Part shown: in pieces, positions 1 through 10,756 of the stretch
Layout: each line of letters starts with the position of its first letter
Numbering within the stretch: the stretch's first letter is position 1
The notes under the pieces: generated by a model
What the model saw: the letters and a program-made list of their open reading frames with translations, nothing else
What the model was told of the DNA's origin: nothing
Databases searched by the model: none
Translations under genes and position numbers: made by a program
Source of the DNA: Chrysochromulina tobinii
Taxonomy: Eukaryota
Assembly: GCA_001275005.1 (NCBI GenBank)
Contig: JWZX01003377.1
Location: 48,152-68,151 of the forward strand
Direction of reading: 5' to 3'
Length of the DNA stretch: 20,000 nucleotides

Positions 1-2
1 TC

Positions 3-3000
3 GACAAGCTGCGTGCAAACGAGCGGCTCCCGTTCTCGCATGCGGGCGCCCCGACGAGCGACGGCAAGGGCGGGGCGGCTCTGCCGGTGGGCGAGCGCAA
101 GGCGCGGTGCCTGCTGCTCGTGACGCGCCACTGGGCTAGCACCCGCTGCTACTCGCTTGGGGAGGCTGTCGTCGCGCGCTACGCGGATGGCCGCGAATGG
201 TTCACGGGCGAGGTGGCGGGCGTCCGCTCGCCCGAAGGCTCGGCGGCCGCTGACGGTAGCGCGTACGCGTACGACGTGCAGTACGACGATGGTGACTTTG
301 AGCCTGCGGTGCCTGCCGAGCGCGTGCTTTCCCTAAGAGCTGAGGAGGGGCGGTGGGAGTACGTGGTCATCGGGCCCGAGGAGGCGACACGCACGCTGCC
401 CGATGATCAGTCACATCCTTGGTGGCCCAACACGGAGCAGTTTGTCGACTATGTGCGCGTGGAGGCGACCAAGGCGCAGCTGCGCAAGGAGGTGGCCAGC
501 CTGCGTGGGCACGTGGCAGAGCGGTACGCCGAGCACGCGCACGAGCGGCCTTGGCCGTTGGATGACATGGAGCGAAAGGAGCGCGAACAGGCACAGAAGG
601 CCGCCGCTGCCACCGCACCCAAGGTGATCGGGCCCAAGGCGCGCCTCGCGCAAACCGAGGGCGAGGCGGAGGCGGCAGCCGCTGCGGCGCACGACGCGCG
701 CGTCGCGGCGGATCTGCACGCGCCCGAGCGACGGGACGAGCTCATCTACATGTTCCGCAAGCTCGCTCCCCTCTTTCTGGCGGTGATGGACGCGGACTTG
801 CGCTACTCACACCTGCAGCCACACCAGCCCGATTGCGCGCGCATCTGGCCGCAGGAGCTGCACGAGCTCGAGCGCTGCTGGGTGTGCGCGCCCGTCGCGC
901 AGATCGCCGTGGGCACGCGCCAAAAGTGCGACGTGTGCGAGACGTCGATCCTGGACCGGCACTGGGCATGCACCGTCGCCGGCTGCGAGTGGGAAGTGTG
1001 CTTGCAATGCCACCGGCAGGGAGAGAAGCGGCGCGCCGCGCGCCGCGAGCGGTATGAGCGGCTGCAGCGTGGCGACGTGCCCGCGCCGCGCCCGGTGGTC
1101 CACGCGCCCTGGTACACGACGCAGTCGGGGCGCTCGCTCTACGGGCAGCAAGTGGTCGAGCGCCCACGGCCAGCGTACCTCGAGAAACCGCGCGAGCCGC
1201 CGGTGCCCTGGATCGCCCGGCGCAACGCGTACGAGGGCGACGAGGCCTCGCTGCAGGCGAAGATCGACCTCGTCTTCCCGGCAGTGACCAACAAAGGCGG
1301 CCACGCGTGGCGCGAGTTCGTGGCGGACCTGCCCAAAGAAGGCAAGTACGCCGGCCAGCCGTGCGCACGCTGCGCTGTGCCCAACTGCACGATGAAGGGC
1401 AAGCTCTTCCACCACAAGAATCTGGCCACGCACGGCAAGCCACGCGGCAATGGCTCGCGCTCGAACGTCTACTCGCGCGCGCATGAGATCGCGCTCCATA
1501 TTTGGATGAGCACCTTCGAGGCGACCACCGAGACGGTCGAGCAGGTCGAGGCGCGCTTGCCCCGCCCCGACGACCCGAACGCGCCGCCGCCGCCGCCGCC
1601 ACCCAAATCGTCCAAAAAGGGAAGCGCGTCTTCGAGTGGCCGGCGGCCGAAGGCGAGCCCGGCGTTCGTGGGTACGGGAGGCGAGTCAGCCACCAACGAC
1701 GGCGCTTGTTCCGCGTGCGATGGCCATCACCGGCCGCACACGTGCGGGCGCTCGCCGTCGGCGCCTCCCGGGACCAAAAGCGCCAAGATCAAGCGGCCCA
1801 AGAAGGTGAAGCTCGCGCTCGGGCAAAAGATGGCGGGCCAGGCGATGGCGCTGGCCGAAGAAGCTCGGCGGCTCGTGGGTGACGACATTCTCGAGACCGA
1901 GGGGTGGCGCAAGCGCCAAAGGGTCTCAAAGGTCGGACACGCCGAGACCTTTGAGAGCTTCCCATCCGAGCGACAGACGTCCCGCACCGCGATCGCGCTC
2001 AAGAAGCGCTACTACGACAAGGCCCTCGCGGCCGGCGAGGTGCGAGCGAAGGCACTCGCGAGCGGCGGAGATGAGGATGAGATCAGCTGCTTCTGCGACA
2101 CGGACCGGCACCTGCCCACAAACGACATCCCGTTCGACGGCGTGTGGGTGTGCTGCGACCTATGCCACCGCTGGTGCCATGGCGAGTGCATCGGGCTCAA
2201 CAAGAAACAAGCGGACGCCCTCAAAGAGTACACGTGCCCTGTGTGTGAGGCCTTCCCGCCCTCGCTCATCGACAAGACCCTCAAGAATGGGGGCAACGGG
2301 GCCAGCCTCAAGAATGGGGGCAACGGGGCCAGCAGCGGCGGCAGGAGCAACGGCGCTGCGGCGGAGGCGGAGGGCGGAGTGGCGCAGCCGAGCTTGTGTG
2401 GCGCTGCAGCGGCGGCGTCGGCGGCGTCGGTGGCGGACGAGGACGACGAGGAAGAGGACGAGGACGAGGGCGAGGGCGAGGGCGAGGAGGAGGAGGAGGC
2501 GAGCTCGAATGCGTCGATGGCATCCGCGAGTGGCGAGGAGGAGTGCGATGAGGCGGTGGTGGCTGCGCACGGAGTGGGCATGGAGGCCGGTGACGAGAGC
2601 GAGGAGGACGCCGAGGGCGGCGGTGGCGGAGGCGGCGAGGGCGCGCGCCCGATCTCCGACGACGAGATGCCTATCTCCGACGACGAGATGGGCATGGCGG
2701 GCGGCGGCGGCGGCGAGGGCGAGGCCAGCAATCGAGCCCGCAGCTCGCGAGTGGAGGACGTCGACGTCGACGACGAGGAGGAGGCTGAGGACGAGCACGA
2801 TCGCGACGGCGAGGAGGCTGAAGCGGGTGGCTATCGCGACAGCGGCGAAGGTGCGATCTTTGTGGACGAGAGCGACGACGACGATGCGTTCCACATGAGC
2901 CGCCCGGCACGGCACCCGGCCCACGCGCGTCGAGGACGGAGCACGGCTGCTGAGGCGGATGATGACTTTGACGACGACGAGGATGCTGGCCGTGCGGAGG

Positions 3001-4312
3001 AGGACGAGGAGAACGAGGACGAGGAGAACGAGGACGAGGATGGCGAGGAGGACGATGTGGACGGCTTCGGTGAGGGCGGGGAGGAAGGCGAGGAAGGCGA
3101 CGAGGACGCTGAGGCGCTGCTTCTGCAAGAGGCGGAGGTGCTCGGCGACGACCTCGGCGACGACCTCGGCGACGACCTCGGCGACGACCTCGGCGACGAC
3201 CTCGGCGACGACCTCGGCGACGACCTCGGCGATGAGCTCGGCGACGAGCTCGATGAGGAGCTCGGCGAGGAGCTCGGCGAGGAGCTAGCGGGTCTGAGCG
3301 GTGCAGATGCCGCGGACGCTGCGGCTGGCGGCGCGAGCTCGGTGGCGCTGCCCGGCCCACCAGCAGCGGCTGACGCAGGGATGGACAGCGGACTGGAGGA
3401 CGTGGGTGAGGTGGCCGACGCGGTCGAAGCCATGGCTCAGGCTGCAGAGGCAGAGGCGGCGGCCGAGGCGGAGGCGGCGGCCGAGGCGGCGGCTGCCGCA
3501 GCGTCCGCAGCGACAGCCGAGGCAGCCGCGCTCGCCGGGATGGCCCCGCATTCACATTCACATTCACATGCGCACGCCAGGATGGCCCCTCACATGCCCC
3601 CTCAACCGCCCGCCGCGCCTGCGTCGGAGGTGGTCTACTCCAGCAACTTGTCATCGGCCACCGCCCCTAGCAAGGACGATGATCCCATGGCCGATGCTGA
3701 GCACCCCGGCGCACCGAGCGCGCCAGCGAGCGCGCCAGCGAGCGCGCCGGCGAGCGCGCTGACGAGCGCGCCGCTGCCGCCAGGGAGCCTGTCGGCAGCT
3801 TCGTATGAGGCCATCTTGACTGCCCTGAGCCGCTCGTGCCAAATTTGTCGGCGAGGCGTGGGCAAGTGCCGCCACTATGGCGGCCCGGGCCACCTGCCGC
3901 TCCACCCGAGCGCCCTCCCGAGCGCCCAGAGCGTTCAAAGCGCCGCGCCGCGCGCCGCGCCGCGTGGCTCGCTCAGCGTGGCCGGTGCTCCGAGTGCCCT
4001 CAACCCCGTCTCCGATTCGGACGCTGGCGAGAGCGCGATGGCGCCCACGATGGCGCGCGCGGCATCCCCGGCGGCGGCCCCCTCAGAGGGCGGCGACTCG
4101 GCAGCGGCGCGAGCGCTGCTGCGCGACTGCTCGGCGCGGCGCCCCGGCGGCACTTCCATCGCCGTCGGGTCTGAGGTGTGCATCCTGCGCCCCGGCGCGC
4201 TTGCGAATCGTCTTGGGATCGTCACAATCGCGCGCTCGGGCTACTACCAAGTGCGCCTCCATGCGCCCGGCACGGCGCCTCCGCGCAAAACGCCGAGCCA
4301 GAGCACCGGCGA

Positions 4313-4353
<41 letters not shown>

Positions 4354-7300
4354 AGGGCGAGGGCGAGGGCAAGGGCAAGGGTGAGGGCGAGGGCGGCGAG
4401 TCGCCAAACATCCTAGCGTCCGGTGGCCTTGGCGGCTCGTCTGGCGATGCCGTGCCTGTGTCTGGCAGGCCTGCGGAGGCGCCGCCTCAAGCGCCCGAGG
4501 AGGCGCCGCCGGAGGGGGCGCTCATCTTTTTCCGAGGCAAGGAGCTCTGGCTCACCGACGACGGCGAAGCGCCGCCGCCCTCGCCGCATCCAATGGCGCG
4601 CGCTCCTTTGTACCTTGCGCAGCAGCGGCCGGACCCGGCGCTTGCAGCTGCAGCCGGAGGCTTGTCGGCGCTCGTCACGGCGCCCGCGGCCGGCGAGGCC
4701 GATGGCGTTGATGCCAATACGGCGCGATCGTGGTGGCAATCTTGGATGGGGGTCGAGGAGAAGCGCAAGCGCAAGCCCACGCAGCTGTATGACGCGGGCG
4801 ACGGCGGCGAGTACTCGGCCTTCGGCGTGCCCAGCCGTCTGTCCGATCTAGATGACCATTACGGCGCGCGCCCGCCGCGACGCGAGCGCAACGACTCCGA
4901 CCACGGGCTGAGCACCGGGTGTGAGGTGCTCATCCTGAAGCCCGGGCCGCTCGATAACCAGACGGGCGTCGTGCAGAGCATGCACAACGGCTACTTCCAG
5001 GTGCTCACCGAGGGGGGTGAGCACGTCAACCTGCGCGCCAAAGAGTGCCAGGTGCTCGCTCAGGGCATCACCCGGGGCATGCCGCGCCCTGTGAAATCCA
5101 TGGCGCCCGCGGTCAATGAGTACAACGCGCCGTATAACCCGGCGGCTTATGAGCCAACAAGCATTGTCCCTTCGGCGCTCCCGATCGCACCGTATCGGTC
5201 GTCGCTCAACGCGCACAACCGGTACGATGGGACGATCTTTGGCGGCAGCGGCGGCGTTGTGCGCCACGGCGCCAACGGGCGCGTGTACACGTCGGTGGTC
5301 AAGGCGCGGCGCGTGACGGATATTGACGTGGGACACACAGTGACGGTGTCGAACGGCAAGGTGCACGCGGGCGCCAATGGCAAGGTAGTGGCTGCACGTA
5401 ACGGCTACCTGATCGTGCAGCTCAGCACGGGGGTGTCCGCCTACTTCCGCGCGCGCGACCTCGTGAAGACGGGTGGCAAGTCCGAGCCGCGCGAGTCGAT
5501 GCCGCTCGTCCACCCTCTAAAGATGCCGCAGCGCCGCGGCGAAACTAAGTCGACCGGCGGCGGCGGCGGCGGCGGCGGCGGGGGCGGCGGCGGGGGCGCC
5601 GGAGGCGGCGAGCGCAGCGACGGCCGGCAACGTCTCTCATGGCGCGACAACGTGCAGGAGGAGGAGGAGCAGGCGCAGGCGCCGCACGAGCATGTGTACG
5701 AGCGCGCCGTCAAGATGCCACGCGAGGAGCTCGCCAAGCTTGTCGAGACAGTCGAGTCGCTCGTGGCGCAGCTGCCGCCGGAGCGCGAGGTGGCCAAGCA
5801 TCCACCTGTGAACTTTGCGGGCGCGTCGATCCGCATGGGACCCTCGTCTGACTCGGCGCGCCAGCTCGTCGACTTCCAACAGCGCTGGCGGCGCGGCGAG
5901 CCGGTCGTGATCCCGGGCGTGCAGGACAAGTTGCGCCGCTCGTGGTCGCCGCGTGGCTTCCTGCAGCGCTTTGGGGCCGAGCAGGTCCAGATGATCGATT
6001 GTCGGGATGGCAAGTCGGTGCACTGGCTCACGCTTGCCCACTTTTTCGCGGGCTACCTCCAGCCCTGGACTCGCGCCCTTTGCCCCGACACCTTCCGCCG
6101 TATGATGCTCAAGCTGAAAGACTGGCCTCCGGACCAGGACTTCCAGGGCAAGATGCCGGAGTACTTTGAGGACCTGATGCAGGCGCTCCCCGTCCCGCAA
6201 TACACGCACCGCGACGGCGTGCTCAACCTCGCCAAGTACTTTCCACGCCAGTACGTTCCGCCCGACCTTGGGCCTAAGATGTACAATGCGTACGGGCGGC
6301 ACGCGAGTTGGCGCGGGATGGATCCTGCAACCAAAAAGGGTGGGCACACCAACCTGCACTGCGACGTATCGGACGCGGTGAACGTGATGGTCGACGTGGG
6401 CTTCGACGAGGGCGAGAACGATTCGGATGAGGAGGACGAGGGGCTGCTGCTGCACGATGACGAGCTCGGCGAGCTCTCCTCCCAGCACGGCGCCATCTGG
6501 GACATTTACCGTTGGGAGGACACGGAGGCGATCCTCAAGCTCCTGCACGCAGTCGCCCGCGAGCGCGACATTGAGATCACCAACAACCCAGTGCACGACC
6601 AGCTCTTCTACCTCGACGACACGCTGCGCAAGCGGCTGCGCGACCAATACGGCGTGCGTGGCTGGCGCTTCGTCCAGCGACACGGCGACGCCATCTTCAT
6701 CCCAGCTGGATGTCCTCATCAGGTGCGCAGCCTCTCGTGTGCCTATCCTTCTCCTCTCGTGTGCCCACCCTTCACCAACTGCCATCTTCACAACTAGTGT
6801 GCCAACTGCACATGCAAACACCTCGTGTGCCATCCTCACACCGCATGTGCCGTCTTCATCCCATCAGGTGCGCAACCTCTCGTCGTGTGTCAAGGTGGCA
6901 CTCGACTTTGTGTCGCCCGAAAACGCTCACCGATGCGTGCAGCTCACGGACCAGTTCGCCAAGCTGCCGCGCGGCCACCACCTGAGCGAGGACAAGCTGC
7001 AGGTTAAGACGATGCTGCTGCACGCGCTGCATCACATCTCGGATGCGTTGCTGCGCACGGGTGCCGCCGCCAAGGCGAGTGTCGAGATCGCCAACGCCGA
7101 GCGCGCCGCGACCGCGCGCGCCGAGGCACTCAAGGCTGCGCGTCAAGCCTCGCGTCAGTTATATGCCGCCAAGCGCAAAGCAGCCAAGGAGGCCGAGCTC
7201 GCTGCGGCGGCCAATGCCGAGGGATCCGTCGCGGAGGGTACCGTTGAGGAGCGGGTGGCCGCCGCAGTGGTCGCCTCCGCTGTCGAAGCCGCCCTTGATG

Positions 7301-7608
7301 CCGTCTTTGGCGCGGATGCCCCTGATGAGGTTGATGACGAGGCCATGCTCATGGAGGACGAGGCACAGCCGGTGGAGAAGCCGATGGTGTACACGACCAC
7401 GCCGGCGCAGCCGCTCCCACAGCCGCCTCTCGAGCAGGCGACGCCGAAGCCGCCACAGCAGCAGCCGCAGCCGCCGCCGCCGCCGCCGCTGCTGCAGCCT
7501 CCGCAAGCTACCCAGACCGCGGCCGGCGTCATGAGCACGACGTCGACGACGACGACGACCATGGAGGTCGACGACGAGACGGTGTTGCTCATGTGCAGCG
7601 GCGAATGA
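3..7608 (+). CDS. KDM3: KDM3/JMJD1-family JmjC histone H3K9 demethylase-like multidomain protein. 5'-partial; exons <3..6722 and 6868..7608; >2480 aa
   Basis: The frame is open from base 3 ([11 protein letters not shown]...), so the true start is upstream of the window. JmjC motifs typical of KDM3/plant JMJ25-IBM1 are present: [29 protein letters not shown]...[24 protein letters not shown] (HxD), [49 protein letters not shown]...EDKLQVK. Splicing out 6723-6867 (GT..AG, phase 0) restores the conserved HQVRN motif. Stop TGA at 7606-7608. Confidence 0.92.
147..330 (+). other. Tudor/Agenet-like domain within the KDM3-like protein
   Basis: [25 protein letters not shown]...[11 protein letters not shown] matches the Tudor pattern GxxVxA...WYxGxI...YxVxYDDG. 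Confidence 0.75.
876..1013 (+). other. KDM3-type Cys-rich zinc finger
   Basis: CWVC...[31 protein letters not shown] resembles the RxxCDxCxTSIxDxHxxCxxCxxxxCLxC finger of JMJD1/JMJ25 proteins. Confidence 0.8.
2088..2246 (+). other. PHD finger
   Basis: CFC...[19 protein letters not shown]...YTCPVC gives the C4HC3 pattern, with the aromatic W of H3K4me-reader-type PHD fingers. Confidence 0.85.
2280..2333 (+). repeat. Perfect 27-nt tandem duplication (LKNGGNGAS x2), in-frame
   Basis: ctcaagaatgggggcaacggggccagc at 2280-2306 and 2307-2333. Confidence 0.9.
3141..3284 (+). repeat. 12-nt coding minisatellite, 12 units (LGDD x7 then [20 protein letters not shown])
   Basis: ctcggcgacgac is repeated perfectly 7 times, then degenerates toward the 3' end inside the acidic region. 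Confidence 0.9.
4164..5465 (+). other. Three KOW/SH3-like modules
   Basis: [32 protein letters not shown] (4164-4259), [32 protein letters not shown]...VNLRAKEC (4914-5049) and [32 protein letters not shown]...AYFRARDL (5328-5465) share the KOW pattern GxxVxIxxG...GxV. Confidence 0.6.
6723..6867 (+). other. Spliceosomal intron, 145 nt, phase 0
   Basis: CAG|GTGCGC donor and CATCAG|GTG acceptor. It contains the in-frame TAG at 6795-6797, and its removal restores the JmjC motif. Confidence 0.9.
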
Positions 7609-7981
7609 GCGGCTATGATGAAAGAGCAGGCGGTTGAAATGTGACGGGCAGTAGCTGCGTGCAACATACACACACCGGACGAGGACACAGGAGAACACAG
7701 AACAGGCTCGCATGAGTTTGGACCGCGGACTGATTTCGCGTACTTTAATATACTGAGCAAGCCCGCGGGCGTCCGCTCCGGCTTAGGACTAAGACTTTTT
7801 CGCATCCTCGAGACGTCGAGGTCTCGAATGAATGTTTACAGTCTGTTTCTCTCCTTCCAAACATGTCGAATTTGGAATGCATCCAAACATTTGTCGAATT
7901 TCTCCACTCTTTTCCCTCGACCTCCCGCGGGTTACAGGGAGGCCGTCAGCTTCCTCGTCCTCGTCCTCGCCCTCATCCACC

Positions 7982-9214
7982 ATGCAGTTCGAGCATGACA
8001 CCCTGCTGATGTCAGCACGCCTATCCGGGCGCACCTTGCCGCAGGAATGGAAGGCGGAGGTGCGTCAGCAGCAAGGGGCTGAGTACGCCGGACAATACCT
8101 CTATCACCGGACCCGAGCCACCAAGCAGTTTGCGCAGAAGCATGACCCGCCCGAGTACACGATGACTGGCGTCCACGCCGGTGCCGATACAGACGTTTGG
8201 GCGCCAGATAAGAAGACGCGCTTCGAATCGACGGCCAGCGTCTCTTACCGCAATGACCCAAAGAAACGCGACTCGCCGTCGCAGCGCTCGCCGCTCGAGC
8301 GGCGGCCCAGCATGCGCGAGGGCGAGTCGCCGACCGGCGACCTGAAGCCTGGGCCGACGACGTATCCGCGGCGGGAGTACTCAACCCTTCCGACGGCCGA
8401 GGAGGAGATGCGGAAACTTTCGGTAAGCTATGAGCGGTATGTCGACGGCGATCGCTCCACCGAAGTCGTGCCAGCGGTCGAGTGGCTGTCGCGCGCGGAT
8501 GCAAACCCGCTGGTGCACCGGAAGGATGCCCCGCCTATGCTGCCGCGCCACTCGGCACGCGACCACCTGAGCGATGTTCGCAAGCAGCACGCGCTCTTCG
8601 ATCCTGCGCGGCCTCAGATACAGACGGTCGTGCGCGTGACGCGCCGGCAGACAGCGGACGGCTGTTCTGCGGAGGAGCGGAGGAGCGCGCTCGTCAAGGA
8701 CCAACAGGCTGCGAAGATGCGCGATGTGCTCAAACAGCAGCAGGCGGAGAAGAACGCCCGCGAGGCGTCCGAGGCCAACGAGCTGCTCGAACTCTATTCG
8801 ATGGGCATCCGTGGTGTGCTCTCCGGTACGGAAGCCTACAGCCAGCCGGGCGACAAGGGAAAGCCCCGCCCGGTCACGCGCTCGCAGACGGTCGCCGACC
8901 GCGACGAGCAGGCTCGCCAGGCGCCGGCGCCTGCCACCGCAGCGTTCGCGGCGCGTGAAGCGGTCGCGCGCGCAGCCGCTCGCGGATTCCAACCTGCCGA
9001 ATCCGCACCTGCGGCGGAGAGGCCACTGCCGAAAAGCAGTCCTGAGAACGAACTTTCTTGGGTCAAGGGTGGGAGCGTGCCCATCGTGAAGGCCACGCGC
9101 CCTAAGGAGGTGCCACTGGTCTTCCCTCCGGGTACCTTCGACATCCGGCAGCAGGACGCTCATCACAAGCTCAAGCAGGCCCAGCGCTTCGCCCCGACCC
9201 GCGCAAGCGGCTAG
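7982..9214 (+). CDS. Hypothetical protein (~410 aa), central coiled-coil-like segment
   Basis: Long ORF with GC3-rich codons. The ATG at 7982 sits in a ccaccATGc context after a pyrimidine-rich leader; the upstream part of the ORF track (7832-7981) looks like UTR or promoter. No family recognised. Confidence 0.7.
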   Translation: MQFEHDTLLMSARLSGRTLPQEWKAEVRQQQGAEYAGQYLYHRTRATKQFAQKHDPPEYTMTGVHAGADTDVWAPDKKTRFESTASVSYRNDPKKRDSPSQRSPLERRPSMREGESPTGDLKPGPTTYPRREYSTLPTAEEEMRKLSVSYERYVDGDRSTEVVPAVEWLSRADANPLVHRKDAPPMLPRHSARDHLSDVRKQHALFDPARPQIQTVVRVTRRQTADGCSAEERRSALVKDQQAAKMRDVLKQQQAEKNAREASEANELLELYSMGIRGVLSGTEAYSQPGDKGKPRPVTRSQTVADRDEQARQAPAPATAAFAAREAVARAAARGFQPAESAPAAERPLPKSSPENELSWVKGGSVPIVKATRPKEVPLVFPPGTFDIRQQDAHHKLKQAQRFAPTRASG

Positions 9215-9682
9215 AACCAACCTGAGAACCAACCACGCGAGAATCACGCACACGCGCAACATGATGCAGGCCCGTTCAGCGCGGCGACGTTCTGTGAGAG
9301 CAACGTTTGGGTGTCCCTTGGTGTGCGTGTTCACGATTCGCAGTGTCGCATGTTCAGTGTACGACCTAGGGGTGGGACGACAATCCCTCGGCGTGGACGG
9401 CGCGCGACCGGTCTCCCGCGAGGCCGCGTCGGCGCGGTGGGTCCGTCACAGTGGGGACACCGCGCGTCTGGTCGTATAGTCTGGTCTCAGAGTCTGTCTT
9501 CAATACGAGACAGTACACACTCGTACGATACTCGATAGTCTATACGAAACCTATAATTTCTATTACCGTACGTGTGGATGTTAACGTAAGACTATATACG
9601 AAACACTATTAAAGCGAACGAGCCCGGCGATCCGCGCGGGGATCAATACGAATACGATATGCGTCCGCGCGCGGATGCTGGT

Positions 9683-10756
9683 TCACGTCCTGTAGCGGTC
9701 GAGCAGCGCATTGATCTCGGCGTCAAAGTCTCGCGGCGGTGGTCGCGGCTCGTTTAGATCGTCAACGAGGGAGGCGATGCGCTGCTTGATGGGTGGGATT
9801 CCTGTACGGGCGGCCTCGGACTCCTCAGCCAGCCGGCGCTGCTCGCGCTCGAAGAGCTTCTGCTCCTCACGCTCAATACGGCGCATGTTGGCCTTCGCCG
9901 CACGTGGCTCGAGTAAGGTCGGGGGGCTCACGAACGGCTCGGGTCCGCCGCGCGCCTTGCGTGCGAGCTGAGCCCCGTGCCGGCTGCTCTCAGCAAGGGC
10001 AGTTGCGCGCCGATGAGCAGCGGCCTGTGCAACCCCTACAAAGCTGCGCTCGCCAGCACTCGCGTCTCTCTGATCAGCGAGCGCAGCGCGCTGCTTCTGC
10101 AGAGAGAGAGAGTAGTCGACGAGCGCAGCGTAGCCCGCCTGGGGGTGCGGCGCGTCCCGCTCGAGCATACGAGCGCGCAGCGCGCGAGGTGTGAGCTCGC
10201 GCATCTCGGACAGCTGGGCGATCTGGGCGGAAGGCGGCGCGGGCGATTCCGGTGGCAGCGTCGCATTCTGCGCGGACTCGGCAGGTCGCGGCGGGTGCAA
10301 TGCGGGCGGCGGCAATAGCTTTGCAGCCGAAGATGCAAGCGTGCCGCTCCGAGCGAGGTACGATGGTGGACGCAATGACGGCGATGGCGGCTGTGTCATG
10401 AGCATCGGGGGCGTCCCTAGCTGCGCTGCATTGCACTCGGTGGTTTCACGCGGTCCCGACAGCGCCTCCACACCGCGCTCGAAGCGCGACTCGTGCCCCA
10501 TCGGTGCGGCCACCATCCACTCCTCACGCGGCCACACGTCTATCCTTGGAGAGGAGGCGGCGGTCGGCGCGGCGGCCTCGAGGGCGGCCTCATCAAGCGA
10601 AGTGTGCACGGCCATCGCCACGGCTACGCGCGCAGCGCCTACCCAATCGTTGGCCAGCACGTGATGTCGCAATGCGTCAGCAGCGAGCGCCGTCGCAGAT
10701 AAGTCACCATCTGACCAGCCAGTCTGGACCGGGACCGGGTGGTGATGGTGATGGTA

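Noticed and set aside
3141..3284. Repeat arrays (here and in the LRR gene) as CRISPR
   Set aside because: In-frame coding repeats with no unique spacers and no cas genes, in a eukaryotic context.
87..6797. ORF-track 2236-aa protein taken as complete
   Set aside because: The GTG start is not real because the frame is open to the window edge, and the last 24 codons are intron read-through.
742..6839. Long antisense and alternative-frame ORFs (e.g. 2160-3128, 2671-3654, 5637-6839)
   Set aside because: Shadow ORFs expected from high GC and codon bias, with Arg/Ser/Pro-rich translations and no motifs.
6427..6867. N-terminal part of the 393-aa ORF as a separate gene
   Set aside because: It is an alternative frame of the JmjC exon plus intron; only 6868-7608 is coding (exon 2).
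7832..7981. Upstream ATG extension of the 460-aa ORF
   Set aside because: AT/pyrimidine-rich with atypical codons; the ATG at 7982 has a better context.
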